A stretch of 64,000 nucleotides of DNA from the human T2T-CHM13v2.0 reference genome, Homo sapiens. Shown piece after piece: positions 61,181-64,000 of the stretch. The notes beneath the pieces are model-generated. The model made no database searches and had not been told where the DNA came from. It saw nothing but the letters and a program-made list of their open reading frames with translations. The stretch is taken from the NCBI RefSeq assembly GCF_009914755.1, contig NC_060934.1; one strand, 5' to 3'. The translations under genes were made by a program, and so were the position numbers. Each line of letters starts with the position of its first letter. The first letter of the stretch is position 1.

Positions 61181-61932
61181 TCTATTTTAACAACATCAAT
61201 TCACCATACCCTGGGAACATAAGAGGGAATCAATAAACAATTATGGATTCATTGGCTGAATATCATCTAAAGTGCTGCTTTTATCAGTGGCTTCTACATG
61301 CAATATGGGCCAGCGAAGAAGAGAGAAAAAATTGGAGGGTATATAAAACTTATCTACCTGCTTGTATTAAAATGAAAACAGTGGATGGATAAATGAAATT
61401 TTGTAATGGTTACCAATAAGAAAGAGAGGAAAAGGAAAGGGACAGCAATAGGAGCCAGACTTCTCTGTGTTTGTTTTTGCAACCATGTCAATATTTTGCC
61501 TAATTATAAAACCAAATTTATATTTAGAAAAGCAATCCACATATGTAAGCTAAATGTTTTATCAATTAATTGTACTGAAGGCCCTTTTATGCAAAAGAAA
61601 ATATAAAATAAATGGATGGGTGGATAGAGAAATGAGTGGATGAATAGATATGTAATAAGGTAAATATAGTAAAATGTTAACTGTAGAATCTAGTTATACA
61701 AGTGTTCATTGTAAAATACTCTCAACTTTTCTCTCTGCTTGACCATGTATAATAATAAAATGTTTGGATAAAAAGGGCAAATAGCAGTATCTAAAAAGTA
61801 CAGCAAACTGAGACAAATTATCCAAAATATGTAGGGAATGGTGGATAAAATCACATAGGAAGGAAGGATTCCAAGTGATTTTTAAGTGCGCTGTAATTTG
61901 ACTCTACATTTTTAATAGGATATAGCTTATAA

Positions 61933-62249
<317 letters not shown>

Positions 62250-63811
62250 GAAAAAAATTCTTAAACTCTACTTAGCACCATTCGGGAGGTGTTTTGTTAA
62301 TTTTGTTATTCAGAGACGGTTGTTGGTGTATTATATAATAGATCACATGAATAATTAAACTGGCATCACTTAGAAAAGGAATGTTTAGTTTGGGAGGAAA
62401 AATATGTACGTAAGATTTTTTATGTTAAGTAAAAAAATCCAGTGTACCTGGGTTTGTAAGATTCATGTCATATTTTATCTTCAAAATATATACACAGTAT
62501 CCATGTCATCTTCCTGGTTTTAATATTGTACTACAGCTATATAAGATGTCACTATTTGGGGAATTTGGATGAAAAGTACACAGGATCTTTTCTGAAATTT
62601 CTTGTGTCTATAGTTGTTTCAAAATATGCCTGAAATGTAAAAAAAAAAAAAAAATGAGCTAATAAAAATTCTAGTAGTACTTGAATAGGTTGCAGTAAAC
62701 CAAACTGTGGGTCAAGGTGGGCTGAGTGGTATCATGGGCTGAGAGGTCTCTTGAAGTTTCATGAGAAGATATGTAAATCATCAAATCATTTGCAACGAAG
62801 AATTTCTGGAGTCCAAGTCCTCTCTCCATGGATGCGACTGGAAGTAGTTTAGGAAAAATCTCAGAAGCCAAGAAAATAGTTTTCATACAGTGGTCAGAAC
62901 ACTGAGAATTACATTCCTCAGAAAATAGGCTATAGCTAAAAATATCTTTGTGATTGAATACATTCAAAAGAGTATATAACATGTAATTAGCAGAGATATT
63001 CCAATTGTTAAATGTTAAATTATAAATTAAAAAGAGAAATATCTAGAAACCTGACTTTTATAATTAAATGAAAAACGTGAGGAAAATCAAAGATGCAGGA
63101 ACATGGAAATGGATTGATCGATTCAGTCAAGCCTTTGGTTTTTATGATTCTAGCATGAAAGCATCTTGTGTGTCTTTCATGTCACTACAATGCCTTCATT
63201 TAACTATGATTACCAAAAAACAAGTACAGTAGCAACTTCTGCAGTACAAACTGATGGAAAGGACTGCTGAGGAGACAGAGAAGCCCAAGGAAGTAGTACC
63301 ACCTAGGGGCTGAATTTGTTTCTAACAAGAAATCAGCTTTTCATTAGGTAACCAGATCACTAGATCCTATTCTACCTGGCCATTAGCAAGCTGATAAGAG
63401 ATTTTAGACTACAAGAGATGACCCTGGAAAAGACAGGGGAAATTTCTATGGAGCCCATTCCTTAATAAGTTGTGATTGGATATTTGAGACCCTTCAGCAG
63501 AAATGGCTTAGCATTTGTCCATATTATCATATTATAATTTTTAAAAAATACACTCAGAATAACATTCTTTTTCCATATCATCCTGTGAATGAAGAAGAGA
63601 CTAAGGAATTCATTACCCATTGTGTAGGTGAGGAAACAAGGCATTGAGTCGTAAAATACTGAATCTGGGCCTCACAGAACAGGAAGTGGGTCCAGGGATT
63701 GAGTCCCATATCTCTCAGTCAGAGAATTTCAGACATACAATAGACATTAGGGATAATTGAGGCCCTGGTTCCCGGCTCAGGGCGCAGGTCTACATCAAAA
63801 TCACCTGAAGA

Positions 63812-64000
<189 letters not shown>

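Overview
Human (or very close great-ape) genomic DNA from the interferon-inducible IFIT cluster (recognised from the proteins as 10q23.31). All genes are on the + strand and share the family architecture: a tiny exon 1 ending ATGAG|GT, then one large TPR-coding exon 2. (1) IFIT3 has two alternative ISRE-driven first exons (ATG at 1942 and 6490) spliced to exon 2 at 12531, giving 490 aa. (2) An unprocessed IFIT1B-like pseudogene (IFIT6P) has exon 2 at 36148-37879 and a recognisable exon 1 ending at 31243. (3) IFIT1B has ATG at 51994 and exon 2 at 57177-58596, giving 474 aa. The rest is dense in transposable elements: about 30 Alus, a solo LTR7, a MER41B with tandem GAS sites, a multi-layer nested LTR stack, and a twin-primed L1PA. 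I found no wholly new gene system. The best leads are regulatory and evolutionary: a globin-like CACCC/CCAAT/TATA/GATA promoter on IFIT1B with what looks like a decayed ISRE; an LTR-donated IFIT1B poly(A) signal; a MER41B STAT1/IRF enhancer candidate; an unexplained ~340-bp intronic element shared by three paralogues plus an inverted copy; a gene-conversion tract; and several template-switch scars. TE family names come from memory of consensus sequences, and their ends are approximate unless a TSD is quoted.
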